A stretch of 56,576 nt of DNA, the filler included, from Trichosphaerium sp. ATCC 40318 (lineage: Eukaryota; Protista; Tubulinea), in assembly GCA_038496445.1 (NCBI GenBank). It is 3 parts of 3 records of this genome, joined end to end, with 100 filler letters (N's around TTAATTAATTAA, not from the genome) between each part and the next. Parts side by side here need not be neighbours in the genome. Positions count along the whole stretch, not along the records: positions 39,603 to 56,576 come from JALMLS010000542.1; 2 more parts are not named here. One strand, 5' to 3'. This document shows, in pieces, positions 39,603-51,773 of the stretch. Every line of letters begins with the position of its first letter. Positions within the stretch are counted from its first letter, which is position 1. The position numbers were made by a program, and so were the translations under genes. The notes under the pieces were generated by a model. That model saw only the letters and a program-made list of their open reading frames with translations. It searched no databases and had not been told where the DNA came from.

Positions 39603-40162
39603 GTTGCTAAGTTAAACGGCCATAAAGACTTGCTAGTGCTGTTGAAACCGAGATGCTACGGAGATCCAAAGATCGGTTTTGCTGATGAAGCAGAAATGAA
39701 AGCACTTACAGATAAATTGAATGAAGCTATGACAGAAGAACTACCAGAGACGCTTGTACAAAATATTGTTCTTAGACCTCAACTGAAATGTATCACGTGC
39801 TTTGGAAATCCAGAGGTTCCGATGTGGTGTCCAGTTCCAGGGTACAAACAAAAAGTTTTTTAATTTGGACACGGTTGTTTGTTTTTTTCTAACAGTTGGG
39901 TAGGTTCTATGGTGGCTTTAATATCCGGGTTAAGCGCATCAATGCGTTAATAGATGATATAGATAAATGTGCGGATATTAAGCACCTTTTACGTAATCCA
40001 CAGAGACGTGCAAGACTCACTCTTGGGAAACCATCAATTGGCTTACGAGCTGAATCTTTTAATCGTGCTTGTGGAAGCGAAAAGGATTACTTAATTACGA
40101 AATCTTTTTGCGTAAAAGGAATACAATGCCCTGATTGGTATGGCTACACACCTGACCAATAA
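39603..40162 (+). CDS. 3' part of an unknown gene (2 exons)
   Basis: Two open frames are separated by an intron-like GTAC..CTAACAG segment (~39842-39895). Confidence 0.35.
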
Positions 40163-40229
40163 CTTTTGATTGTAACTCTGTAATACAATCATCTTTCACG
40201 CCTTATTTTGTCCAATGGTATTTACCTTC

Positions 40230-40560
40230 ATTATCTTCAAAGCAATCAGAACCTCTTTTATGTAACGGTGACTAGGCTTGGATGTTTTCATAGGACTTTT
40301 AACTCCTTCATTTGTAATTACCACAATCAGAAAGCAGAGCTTGCTCAACAGACTTAACTTCTCTCAATCCTTATCAGTTGTTAATATAACAGAATTGACC
40401 TAACACTTTTTCGTAGTTGTTTATAGGTGGATGGTATGAACACCAGCAAGCGCTTTAACACCCTCATCTGCTACTTTAGCGTCAGAAAGGTGAATAGTAT
40501 GAACGCCCTTCAGTTTTTTACAACCTGTCAAACTAACTGTAGCACCCTCAAGATACTGTA
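40230..40560 (-). pseudogene. Relic of the LRR family seen at 5928-7199
   Basis: LKGVHTIHLSDAKVADEGVKALAGVHTIHL, followed by stops and frameshifts. Confidence 0.75.
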
Positions 40561-41577
40561 GTTCAGTGGGAACTTGGTACCGATACACAACAAAACAAGT
40601 AAATAAGAAACGGATAGGAATTGAAACATTATTTTCAGACACGTGATTTAATAATTTCTATTGGTAGAGCACAAGCAAATTCTATACAATTCCCGAAGTA
40701 CATTGGTTCTTTTTAGACGCCAACTGTCGGTTTTAACCAAAACAGCTTGAGTTTCAATACTTTTCAATCTAGTTATGTGATTTACTGTGATTGAAAAATA
40801 CACTTGTACATATCAAGAAACTGCCGCCACTTTACCGCAACAGGGGTACTATAATTTGTAGCAACATAAACAAGAGCACCTGGAAGCTATAAGGGCACCA
40901 ATATAAACTGTTTTAGAAAACTCGATAAGAAAATCGAAAATAACTGTATACAAGAGCGTAGAACATGAAATTAATGCGTAGGAAAGAGTCACAAAGCCAT
41001 AACTGTATTTTATCACTTTCTTCATTGATGAGAATGTGGTTGACTTTCTGTACAAAATGTCAAACGCCGTCAACTTCTAAAACTCACAAAAGAATACCAA
41101 CTGGATCGAAACAACTTCCAAAGCAAATGAGCAACGACAACAAGAAGAAATGTACGTTGAGTGCTTTGATATTCACGTGGCTTACTCTTAACTTTAGTTT
41201 CACAACCTTCAGAAACTAGTACTCAAATCTCACCGCAAGCTTCGTTTGGTAGTACGTTTAATCCTCTTGTTTTGTATTTCAGTACTTTTAAAACTGTTAA
41301 CGAATTGAATAGTTGAAGCACCAACGACCCAAAGATGCCCATCAATGCTTGCCCCAGCGCAACCAATAGAGTACGCCTAACTTAGTTTATCACGTCACAA
41401 GTGTAACTGATTAAAACACACCTCGAATTTCACTATCACCAAAGCAACGAGTTTTTTTTTATTCACACTTTTAACTTGTTTTCTAACTCTTCTAGCTCGT
41501 ATTTACCCTTCACAACACCCACTCCTACCGCGAAACCGAAGCAAGAGAGTTACAAGTACGTCATTTTATTAAAATGT

Positions 41578-42439
41578 ATGTTTCCTAACGACTTTCAAGG
41601 CCTTCTTCAGCTTTGGTTCGGCACAGAAAGCGGGAGGCAACCCTCAGGTACGTTCACTAATTTTTTTTGTTGATTGATTGTTTTTTCTAACAAAAACTTT
41701 TAGGTCGTCTCCAAGGCGTTTTGCTGGTAAATCAGCTGTTTTATTGCGCTATCTCTTTTGCTACGCTTGCGCAGAACTTTGCTTCGTATTCGAAGCAATT
41801 GTCGGTGGAGTTCCCGCCAACCTAACTTACCGTAATATTGATGGTTGGGAGTGCTATCTGCGCGTAGCAGCTTACCGAGGAGAGCTGTTCAAGTGTGCAA
41901 AATTAATTGCAACGGACTGGAAGCTAAATCGTTTTCTGAGTGACTTGCCTAACATTTCTACTTTGTGGAAAAACGGTCACCCTGATGTAACTCATTACTC
42001 TTTCCACGATAAAAGGCGTCAAATGGAAAGCGCCGTAAGCAAAATTAAAAGCATAATCAAGCATCTGGGGTACAGACTTAGTTACACATTACAACAAGGA
42101 ACTCCTGGTACGTGTAGTTGTTTTTTTGGGAAATTTCTAATTCTATTTTTAGCTGTTTATGAAGATTTATCTTGTGAACACCCAGCCCACAATAAAGTTA
42201 AAGTGGTATCGTTGAGCCGTTTTAATGAATTGAAAGAAACCGAGAGAAAGTACAAAGAGCTTCTAGCTACAGTTGCAAACATGCAAAACGCAAATAAGGC
42301 TAAAGATAAGATCATTAAAGATAAAAAAGAGCTCATTGTTAGTTACAAAGAACGTATTGCAAGAGGTACAAAGAGGTCTCTCGAGACTGATACAGAAAAT
42401 GTAAAGAACGCCAAACGTGCCAAGAAAAAACCACAATAG
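41578..42439 (+). CDS. Unknown protein with C-terminal coiled coil and basic NLS-like tail
   Basis: Long open frame with probable introns (~41648-41703, ~42108-42152), ending KRSLE...AKRAKKKPQ. Confidence 0.45.
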
Positions 42440-42660
42440 AGCTAGCTTCTCATCTTAATATATTTAACAATAATTTTGTTTCTAAGTTTACGGTTAGATA
42501 AAGTTTTCGAGCTTTAGTTATTGCCTAGACAATGGTCAAAACTTCAGCGAATGTGAAAAAATACACGTGGTTTTTTTTGAATGTCAAACACCCTACCCTT
42601 CTATTGAGACTTCCAATGGAGTTATGATTGTTTATTTTATTCGATATTAGACTAGTTGAC

Positions 42661-44864
42661 TTAATTTACACGGCCTCTAACATTCATCTTCATCCCAGTT
42701 GAAGATACTAGTATTACCTTCGGTTTTGGTTTAACAACGTGGTCTGGTGCAAGCGAAAAAGTAAATCTTTGTAATATCATAATTAAAAGAGTTTTGGCTT
42801 CTGTCAGAGCTAGCCCTTTACCAAGACCTTTTGATTATTAGATACTGAATTATAGTCGGTTAAATAATACTTACATATTTGTGGTCCTGCATGGAACGGA
42901 ACAAACTGATAGGGGTGTTTAAGTAAGTGTGGATCATCCCATCTTTCTAAAAAATAGTTTTAGAAACAGTTTGGATTTTCGGTTTAGGTTTCTAGTTGTA
43001 CCAGGTTTGAATACATTCGGTTCATTCCATAGATCAGGGTCTCTGTGTGTCAAGTACATTGAAATACGAGCTCTCATACCCTACGTTGGAAAACAGCTGT
43101 AAATAGAAAGCAAGTTTAACTAGTTACATTTCAAAAACTTTACTATTTAAAAGTGTTGCGATTCAAGTTTTCTAATATGATTAAGCGCTTACTGCTCTTA
43201 TTGTAATACCACTTGGTAGTACATCATCTTCAATAGTGAATCTACCGTTAAAAGGTACAGAGGGGTAAAGACGAAGAGTTTCTTGAATAGTCTAGAACAA
43301 AGTTAGAGCTTACTAAATAATAGCTAGTACGTTATGAAGAACTCGCATGTGTTGATACTCGCTTTCCCTTGGCTCTTGTAAATCAGGAAACGTTTGATCA
43401 ATCTCCTTTAAAACACTTTGAAGAGAACTTTCATGGGTAGAAACAAGGTATGTGAACCAAGACATAAGAACAGCGGTAGTATCTTACAAACAGTTAATAC
43501 ACATTTTTTCAGAGGATTTACTAAACTGTTCGCACGTACCACGACCAGCTATCAAAAAATTCATGAATATGTCTCTTAGGTATTTATCGGAGTAAGGTTC
43601 GCCATTATCATCACGTAAACACATGAACCTTGACAGTAAATCCTACAAAGCCGAAGGTTAAAGAAAAAAGTAAGAAAGAAAGTCGGAATTAGTACCTTTC
43701 GTTTAAGTAGTTCCTCCCGTTGTAACTGCCGTCTTTTACTAATAAAGCCATATACAGCCTTTTCTATTGTTTCTATACAGGCATCAAATTCCTTAAGCGC
43801 ACTTGTATACTTGCCAAGGAGTTAGAGCTAACTACTGAAAACAGATACTAAAAAAAAACCTACTGAAAGAAGGGGATTGCGGAATGAAGAAACAACAATT
43901 TCTTGAGTTTTATCAAAGCAAGTTGCAAACTCTGGCTTAGATTTCAAGGATCCCAGGTCTTCTCCAAACCCAAGTTTACCGAATGTATCAAGTGTGTATC
44001 TGAAAAATAAGTCTTGTATGTCAATAGGTTCTCCAGAATTCATGTGCGATTGTAAAATATCTATTACAATGTGTGCGTTTTCTTTGAACTGTGGCATCAT
44101 GTCTTGTACTACAAGTTTGTGGAAAAGAGGTCTAGCTGTTTTCCTTTCCAAAGAATTAGTAAAATGAGGTTATTGGAAAGAATAAAGAAAAGAAGCAGGA
44201 CAGAGCATGGATCTTCGCAAAGAAAAAGTATTCCAAAAAAATAAAAATCCAATAGTTGTGTATGCTGTTTACCTCTGTTCGCGCCAATTATCACCCCAAG
44301 CGTTGAATATACCACTACCAAGCCACTTGAACCAATATCTATTCTTGTTCATACCTACATATTGTTATCTCGGATACTTTTGTTTTTTTTTTTTGAAACT
44401 AACCTTGACGAGTAAAATTCTTAAAGTTGGTATACAACACGTGCTTGATATCTTCAGGATTAAGAAGTAAAATCCCTTGGGTGAATGGATTGTACAAATA
44501 AATAGCTGTACCATACTATGTATCACGTGTTACTTGCAGATTTTTATGAAAGAAAAACTTTTTTGCTCAAAAAAGTGTAAAAGTTCGTTAAGTCGCACCT
44601 CTTTTCTCAGCTCCATCGCATAATCTAGATATCTATCTCTATTATTTAGACTATCTATCATCGTCCCGAATATAGGAACACCATCTGGGCCGTTACAGGG
44701 TTTATTTCGCACCCGATTCTGAAAAAAGCTTGTTTAGATTGTTGTACAAAGTATGACATGCGCTATGGCTGTAGTTTAATGAGACGCACCAGGAATCTTG
44801 CGTATACAATTGTAAACGTTACTAGAGGTAACGCTAATGCGAAGAATGCTATGAGTAGGTACAT
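42661..44864 (-). CDS. Cytochrome P450, CYP86/CYP704/CYP52-like, intron-rich
   Basis: N-terminal membrane anchor, LGGSGIFNAWGDNWREQ|RKTA, DIQDLFFRYTLD, I-helix NFLIAGR|DT, ETLRLYP, heme motif FVPFHAGPQIC|LGKGLA. Confidence 0.95.
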
Positions 44865-45433
44865 AGGTGTTGTAGAGGTAAACTAGTAGTTGGACTAAAA
44901 AGGGCAAACAATTGTCCGCTGTTTGTCAGACTTAACCGAGAAATCATGTGCGTAAAAGAACCCTCAGAATTCTACGCTCAACTTCACCGCTCAAAACTAA
45001 ACAATCAAAAAACTTTAACCGAGATGTGCTTCGAATGCATGGCCTGCCCATCTCATACCTTACTTGTCAACGCATCATGCAAGAGTATAAGTACCTGAAC
45101 TCGTTATACAATGCCAAGAAGTTTGCACATGTGTATAGATATCCTGACAGCAGCGTTGCTTTTCTCAAGAAACTAGGTACACACAGAGACAATTCTGGCA
45201 AACATAAAAATGGTTTGGTACCTACGACAACATGTCGTCAACATAAGAAACTAAACGATACTGTCATACAATTATGTTCCCTTTGTTTAATTTTATTTTA
45301 CAGTATATTACATTGCCAACAGTTACTGCGTATTCCTTAGCTATCAGAGTCTGAACGTTTTTTATTTCGTCTGTAAGCTAAGTATATCGACCTAAAAGAT
45401 GAGTAAATAAATATATATCACGTGATTACGGTT

Positions 45434-45868
45434 TTAACTCCTATAAAAATCGTACTTTTGAGTTTTCGCTTCTGGTTCCGGAACACCACGTGATACGCCG
45501 CCAATACTTCGTGACCTGAAGCGACAAGCGACTGGTTTCTTCTTTTGTGCTCCTACAATGATAGCAGGCGTACTTTTATGTATATTCACTTTAGAACCTA
45601 CAGGAGGCGCAGGCAATGCGCCATAGATATTACGAAGGCACTCTTTCTTCGCTTTGTGGCTTCCGTAGTTAACACTGAGTGCTCTGGCTTTCCGCATTTT
45701 GTTTGAAGTGTAACCCTTAGGAGGAGGTGGCGGCGGATGTGTTGGAGCCTTTTCCGTCTTCCTAAACACTCTAGATTAGGTACAAGTAAAAAAAAATATT
45801 AAAACTTACTGCTTTTTGCTTTTAATGCTTTTTCCTGTACGTTTCTTAGGTCCATGCATCGTTGCCAT
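45434..45868 (-). CDS. Small basic, proline-rich protein of unknown function (2 exons)
   Basis: MATMHGPKKRTGK.., an intron, then an ORF with THPPPPPP and R/K-rich composition. Confidence 0.45.
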
Positions 45869-47296
45869 ACTGATTTGTCTCGTGTTTTGAAGATATTTAC
45901 GTGTTGTAATGTTCATGGTTAATTTTGTATTAAATAAATAGAGACTTGTGGGCACGTGTGTTGTGATTGTCTGTTTTGGATTGGTTTGTTTTAGTCAAGC
46001 GTGTTTCTATTTTTTACCTGAACACGAGAGTCAAATTGACTCCTATCATCACGCAAGCTCCGAGGTATAGTTTTTAACGAGTAATTAAGACTAATGGAGC
46101 GATCGTTTGTTGCGTGATACAACGCTTTCTGTGAAAAAACGACTGTTTTTTGCGAGTTTATCCGAGAACACCGAGTTAGCCCGGTGCGAGATACAAAACA
46201 CTTAATAGTCTTCATTAACAACTACACCAACCCTGTATTGTATTTTATTAAGCCAAGATTTTCATCTAAAGCCACCTTACTCATAGGGTACGTGCGTAGT
46301 TTCATGGTGGCTAATCAAACTGTTCTAGACACTAGTGAGGCTCAAAATATGTTAATTACTGTGGCGCGGGGTTTATAGAGAGCGCCATGGCGTCTGAAGT
46401 TGTCAACATATTGACTCTATTGCTCTTGATGATAGGGGAGAATATCTGTGTTACTCGCCTATGTCTCATGATAACGTTTCGAGAAAAGGTAGCAGATTTG
46501 ATTAACAAGGTACTTGTATACGAACAATTCTCAAAGAAGGTATCTCTGATGCCCACTAAAATTACTTGTCTGAATAGACTCCAAAGACATATGCCCTTTG
46601 TCTAAAGTTTGTTACATACAGTATAGAGAGTATCAAACGTTAATAATGTACTGTTTGTCAGCAACAGACTCGTTTTGTTACACTATTCTTGCAGTAGACA
46701 ATAAAAGCACGACTTAAATTGAATACACTAAGTCTACAATAAACGCATATTAGCCATCATTACATGGAGCAGAATATTGAGCGTATGAATAATTACCAGC
46801 TACATCTGTATGTTCAAACATTATCAAACAAATTATCTTTTAGTCAAAAAAAAGTGTTCAAAAAGCAACGAATTCGTTTCTTTGTTAGACAACATGTGAC
46901 GCTGTTACCTTTTATAATATCTTTATCATGTGCAATTCTTCCGTGGCATAGTCGAAAGCTAACGCTGGTTGAATTCCATGAAACCCTGTATCCAAAGTAC
47001 AAAACTGTGTTAAACAAAAAGAACGATCGTAACCTGCTAACAGCAGGCTAGTCAAAGTTTATATAGAGCTTTTCCCTAACGGCAGAACTCACCTCTGTAT
47101 CGGACCTTATAATTTTCTTGGCCCAGACCGAGTTCCTAAGTTAATTACGTGCTACTTACGAGGACATGCTGGCTAATGTAACGATTCAAGCTTTCACACT
47201 ACGTCGGATTAAGATGGAACTTTAACAACTCCACCTCGCAATGCATACACCCACTAAGCTAGACGGAGGACTCCCTTAAATGTTTTCGACCAAATG

Positions 47297-50200
47297 CAGA
47301 GTGGGAAATATCCTCACTTTCTGGGGAATTATCCCAACTGGTGGATATTTCCCTGCTCTGCTACTTTTTTTTTTTGATTGCCGCTTGCAATAGCTGTGAT
47401 TTACATATATAGAAGACCCACATGTGTCATTATTGTGACAGTGTGACGTTTAATTAGGTTTTTATTTACACTTTTGTACTTGTTCTTACTTTTGTCCATA
47501 GCGACGTGTTTGAGTCCTTTTTCGTGGTGTTATTTTAGCATGTCCAGCAGCAATCGCTTTGTACAATTTTGAAGTAGAGCATGTCTTCGCTAAGAGTAGT
47601 CAGAGAACAGATTATGAAAACAATTGTTTTTTACCTTGTTGTACTTGTAGCACAATTGGCACTTCAGATAGTTCACCTGACACTTTGTCTTCAACATAGA
47701 ATTGAGACATGGATTCGCTTGAATAGATTGAATTGGATGACTCTGAGCACTCTTGTGAGGGTGATGGAGAGGCAGGTTCTTCCTCTTTTTTTGACTTTCT
47801 TTTTCTCTTATTTTTACGTTTTCGTTTTTGAGTGTCATTTTTACGAGCTGTTACCTTGTCTAACTCAGGAATGTTCTCTTCATGCTCTACAATAATTATT
47901 AAATATACTGTTGATGTTACTTACCATGTAAAGCGTGAATGGCTTGCTCTTGTACAACTGTTTCAGCAGAATAATCTTGCTCAAAAAGTGAAACAGCAAT
48001 AATGTGTTTACACTCTTTACCAGAAGCTTTAAAGCCTCCACAACCACACCTGCCCATTTTCAAGTCTACAGGATATCTAACACGTTTGTAGGTTTGTGAT
48101 TTAACAGTGTACACCTTATGATCTTCATAGGAATCATCAACAAGAGCCACATGATGCTGTAAAACCTGTTAAAAAACACAAAATCAAATAAAATACTTAC
48201 ATTTTCAACAAGTTCACGTGCTTTTTTCTCTTGTGCAGTTCTGTCAAGCCTGGCTTTTGATTTTCGAAGGTGTTTGCCTCCAGTTAATGCAATCTCTCGC
48301 TGAATAATGCAATGATTATCCAGAATTGCTGGCATAATTTTTGTACAGCGGGAGAGACCATAACGATGTTGAGAATATCCTTTTCATGAATAGTTAGCTA
48401 GCTATTATTTTGTTGTTACGTACCATAAACAGTCATAAATTGCTTCCACTGTGTCTCCATTTTATTGTTGGTGTTATATAAACCAACACGGCTCTTTCGA
48501 CCAAAATCAGCCCATGCTGCACACCATTCTTTATCAAGCCTGTGAGAAATTAGGATGTTATTTCAAAGTGCACGTACCAATTTTTTTTGAAGTACAAAAA
48601 CAATTCGTTGGCTGGTTCAATAGTTTTTTTTGATGCATTCGTAGTCCATGATTTTGTACGTTTTTGGCACCATTTTTTAAAGTCACGTTCTAGAATATTC
48701 AAGTTTTTAACAGAAGTAGCTCGTTCAAGAATCAAAAGCTGTTCCATCACCTCATCACTGTGCTAATATCAGCTTGAAAGCAAAGTAAACAGTACGTACT
48801 ATTTTTTAGAGCCATGGCTGTATTTGAACAAACTTACAATTTTTTTGCCCCACGTTCTATGGTAATGGAACTGACACAATATAAACGCCAAACCCAGCAT
48901 CAAAATGGCTTTTTTCTCCGCCTTATCTTTATCGATCATAACTACTGGTTTCCATTCTTTTACGCCTGTACAATAAATTATTTAATTATTAGACGTGTTT
49001 TACGTACCATTTGGCAGTTGTTCCATTTTATCTTTCAACGCTTTCAAAAATGCTGCAATATTACCTGCTTTACTGCTAGATGCAATGCATAAAGCACACA
49101 AAATGCCTCTTCCTGTTTTAGGTTCTTCACAAACCACACCCCAGATTGGAAATGAGTACGCATTAAATTTGTACACACTGTCAATGCCAATCACGCCCTG
49201 GCCATACTTGGCTAGCAGTTTTAATGACTCTGCTGTAGCTAAAACTACTGCAAAGTTGCTTTTGTCTTCAGAGGGCCGAAATTCATCTAAAACTGGGTAC
49301 ACAATGTATGGTTTGTTAACAGGGTCCTGTAGAAAATTGCGCAGCTCTTGAATGATATTTTCAGACCTTGTGTGAGTTAATGTTTGTTTAGTTTGTTGTT
49401 TTCGGGGAACTTACGGAGGAGTCTTTTGATTACTTTTGAGCCAGTCATGTACTGTGCTTTGATCAATTATCCACTTCTTATCTTCTTCATCAACAATTAA
49501 TTTATCTCGCTTTAATTGACGTCTCATTTTTCGTAAAGTGTCATCAAAGTCACTTGGCTTGACACGACCATAACGTTCTGAAGTACCATATTCATCTTCC
49601 TCAATCAACTTTTTACGTGCCTACTAAATTTAGCACGGAAATTAAACAAATAAAACCAAAACGCACCAAGTATAAAAAATAGTCTTCAGGAATAGATTCT
49701 CTCGCCTGGAAAGAGGCTAAATCATGTACTCCAGTTATTTTAATGGTGGCTTCTTCTTGTGAATTGCAATAAATGGTCCATGTGAGCTTACAACTACAGT
49801 TGGTGCAGCTATTGCAAAATAAGACTTCTTTGCACATAATTCTCTTTCTATCGGCAAGTTCAGCTGGAATTTTAAAATAAGAAAGAGCTTCTTTTCCCGC
49901 GAATCTTGGGTTGCTAAAGCAAGGACCTCCTAATACACCCGTTTGCTTTTTGATTCCATTTCCACAACGAAGAGTTTGAACCTTCTTTTTTTTAGTTTCT
50001 AGCTTCCAATGTGCATTATAGTTTGTCTTAGTCGCATGTATGTGGTTCAGCAACAACGGCAATTGTGTTACCGGTACCACTTCTTCCATTGATGTGCCGA
50101 GAATAGCTAATAAGTCAGTTTTGATAATTAACCAGCTTAAAGTACACAAGGACCACAGAAAAGCAGCCACAAGAAGCCACCAAACACTGCAATAAGGTTT

Positions 50201-51146
50201 TTTTGGTTTGACGTGTTATACTCCCCAAATCACTTAAAAAAACTCAGTATTGTCTATTTTTTGTTCCCATAGTACGTAGTCAACGTAATAACCCTCATAA
50301 GAAGCTTTATAACAATTTGTTGTAGTTTTAATTTGAAACATGCTTATATCCACATCAACACATAACCCTACGCGCAGCAAAGGTGTTTATGTACTTTTTG
50401 ATCAAAATGACAACAACTTGTTACTTACTCCAACTAGTCATGTAATCAACACCAATAATTACACTCTCACACTCACGAAAGATAAAAGTTGAAAATACAA
50501 GTATAAATTAAATTCTCGGGATATAAGGTCTGAAATACATGATGCCAGTGGTAAAGGTACGTTTTCATACTCAAAAATTATTTGTGATTTAAACTCACTG
50601 CAATCACGTGGTTTTTTTTTTTTACTATCGTATATTCAGAGATTTGGTAAGATTCTTGTTTAATTACACAACTACTAATCTACTATTGTCAACTTCAATA
50701 ACAGCTCAATAACCTATCACAGCCAAGCAAACAACACGGATTAACAGTACATTGAAGGATTGAGGGAGCTTGTTTTATTGTACCAAAAAATAATAAAGTA
50801 AATTACGATAAATTGTGTCCTTACAGAATTATGCCATAGTCCATTGTTAAGTTCTTTGTGCTTCAAATTGCCAGTTTTGTCATAGGCGAAAAAACCAACA
50901 ACTAATGTATTGAGGATGTCAAGGTACAAATGAAATGATGTAGTACCAAAAAAAATCAGTGTAAAAAAGAGTTGGCACTATAATGTGGTTACTCACTGTT
51001 ACCTATCGCTCAAAGTTCTTCCAACCGCTTAATTAGTATGTAGTAGTGCAGAATCTGAAAAAAAAGAAGAAAAAAAAAGTACCAGCACTCGGAAAAATCC
51101 ACACTACGGGATATTTCCCTAAAAGGTGGGGATATTTCCCTCTCTG
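47297..51146. mobile_element. Mutator-like DNA transposon (MULE), 3850 bp, imperfect ~80-bp TIRs, 11-bp TSD
   Basis: TSD TCGACCAAATG at 47286-47296 and 51147-51157. The TIRs are CAGAGTGGGAAATATCC... and ...GGATATTTCCCTCTCTG. Confidence 0.95.
47486..50089 (-). CDS. MULE DDE transposase with WRKY/GCM-like zinc region and SWIM finger, intron-rich
   Basis: IGIDSVYKFN (D1), VMIDKD (D2), LCQFH (CxxH), NTNNKME (E), SWIM CGCGGFKASGKECKH, and N-terminal CTNCSC...GVH. Confidence 0.9.
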
Positions 51147-51773
51147 TCGACCAAATGGCTAGGAAGCCCCACGCGTGGTGCACACACTGCAACTACTACA
51201 ATTTACAAACTATTTTCGTTTCATTTTATACCCATAAAAGCTACTGAGAAATAAATTGTGGGATACAGAGCGCACTTCACTGAAAATTCTATTGCAATTA
51301 CTCAAATACGGATAATGCACATTTCGAAACGCTCCCAAAGGCTCGTGCAAGCTGTTTACACACGTAGAAACCTGTCCAGCGAAGTTTTGTTTCAAAAACG
51401 TGCAACTAACCGAGACTTCTTTTTCTGGCTGTATTGGCGCTGTGCTTCACTGAAATATGTACTTGTGAATACTCAAATATGCATAACGCACTTTTTGAAA
51501 TGCCATAAACCATAGTGATAGCTGTTTTCGTGCACTGAGAACAATTTCGGTACCGTTTTATTTCGCAAACGTTCAACCAAACGATTTCTACTTTTTTCCT
51601 CTTGAACGCGCACTACCAATAATATAGAGCAGTTTAAAACACTAATTACATTAAATGAATCGTATTTTAGAACCACATAACAAGCAAGGCCTTCAACAAC
51701 TACAAATAATAATGCTAAAATGAAAGAAATTTTTCCGTTTTAGTTTTTTATATTACAGGTGAGTTTATCTCGT

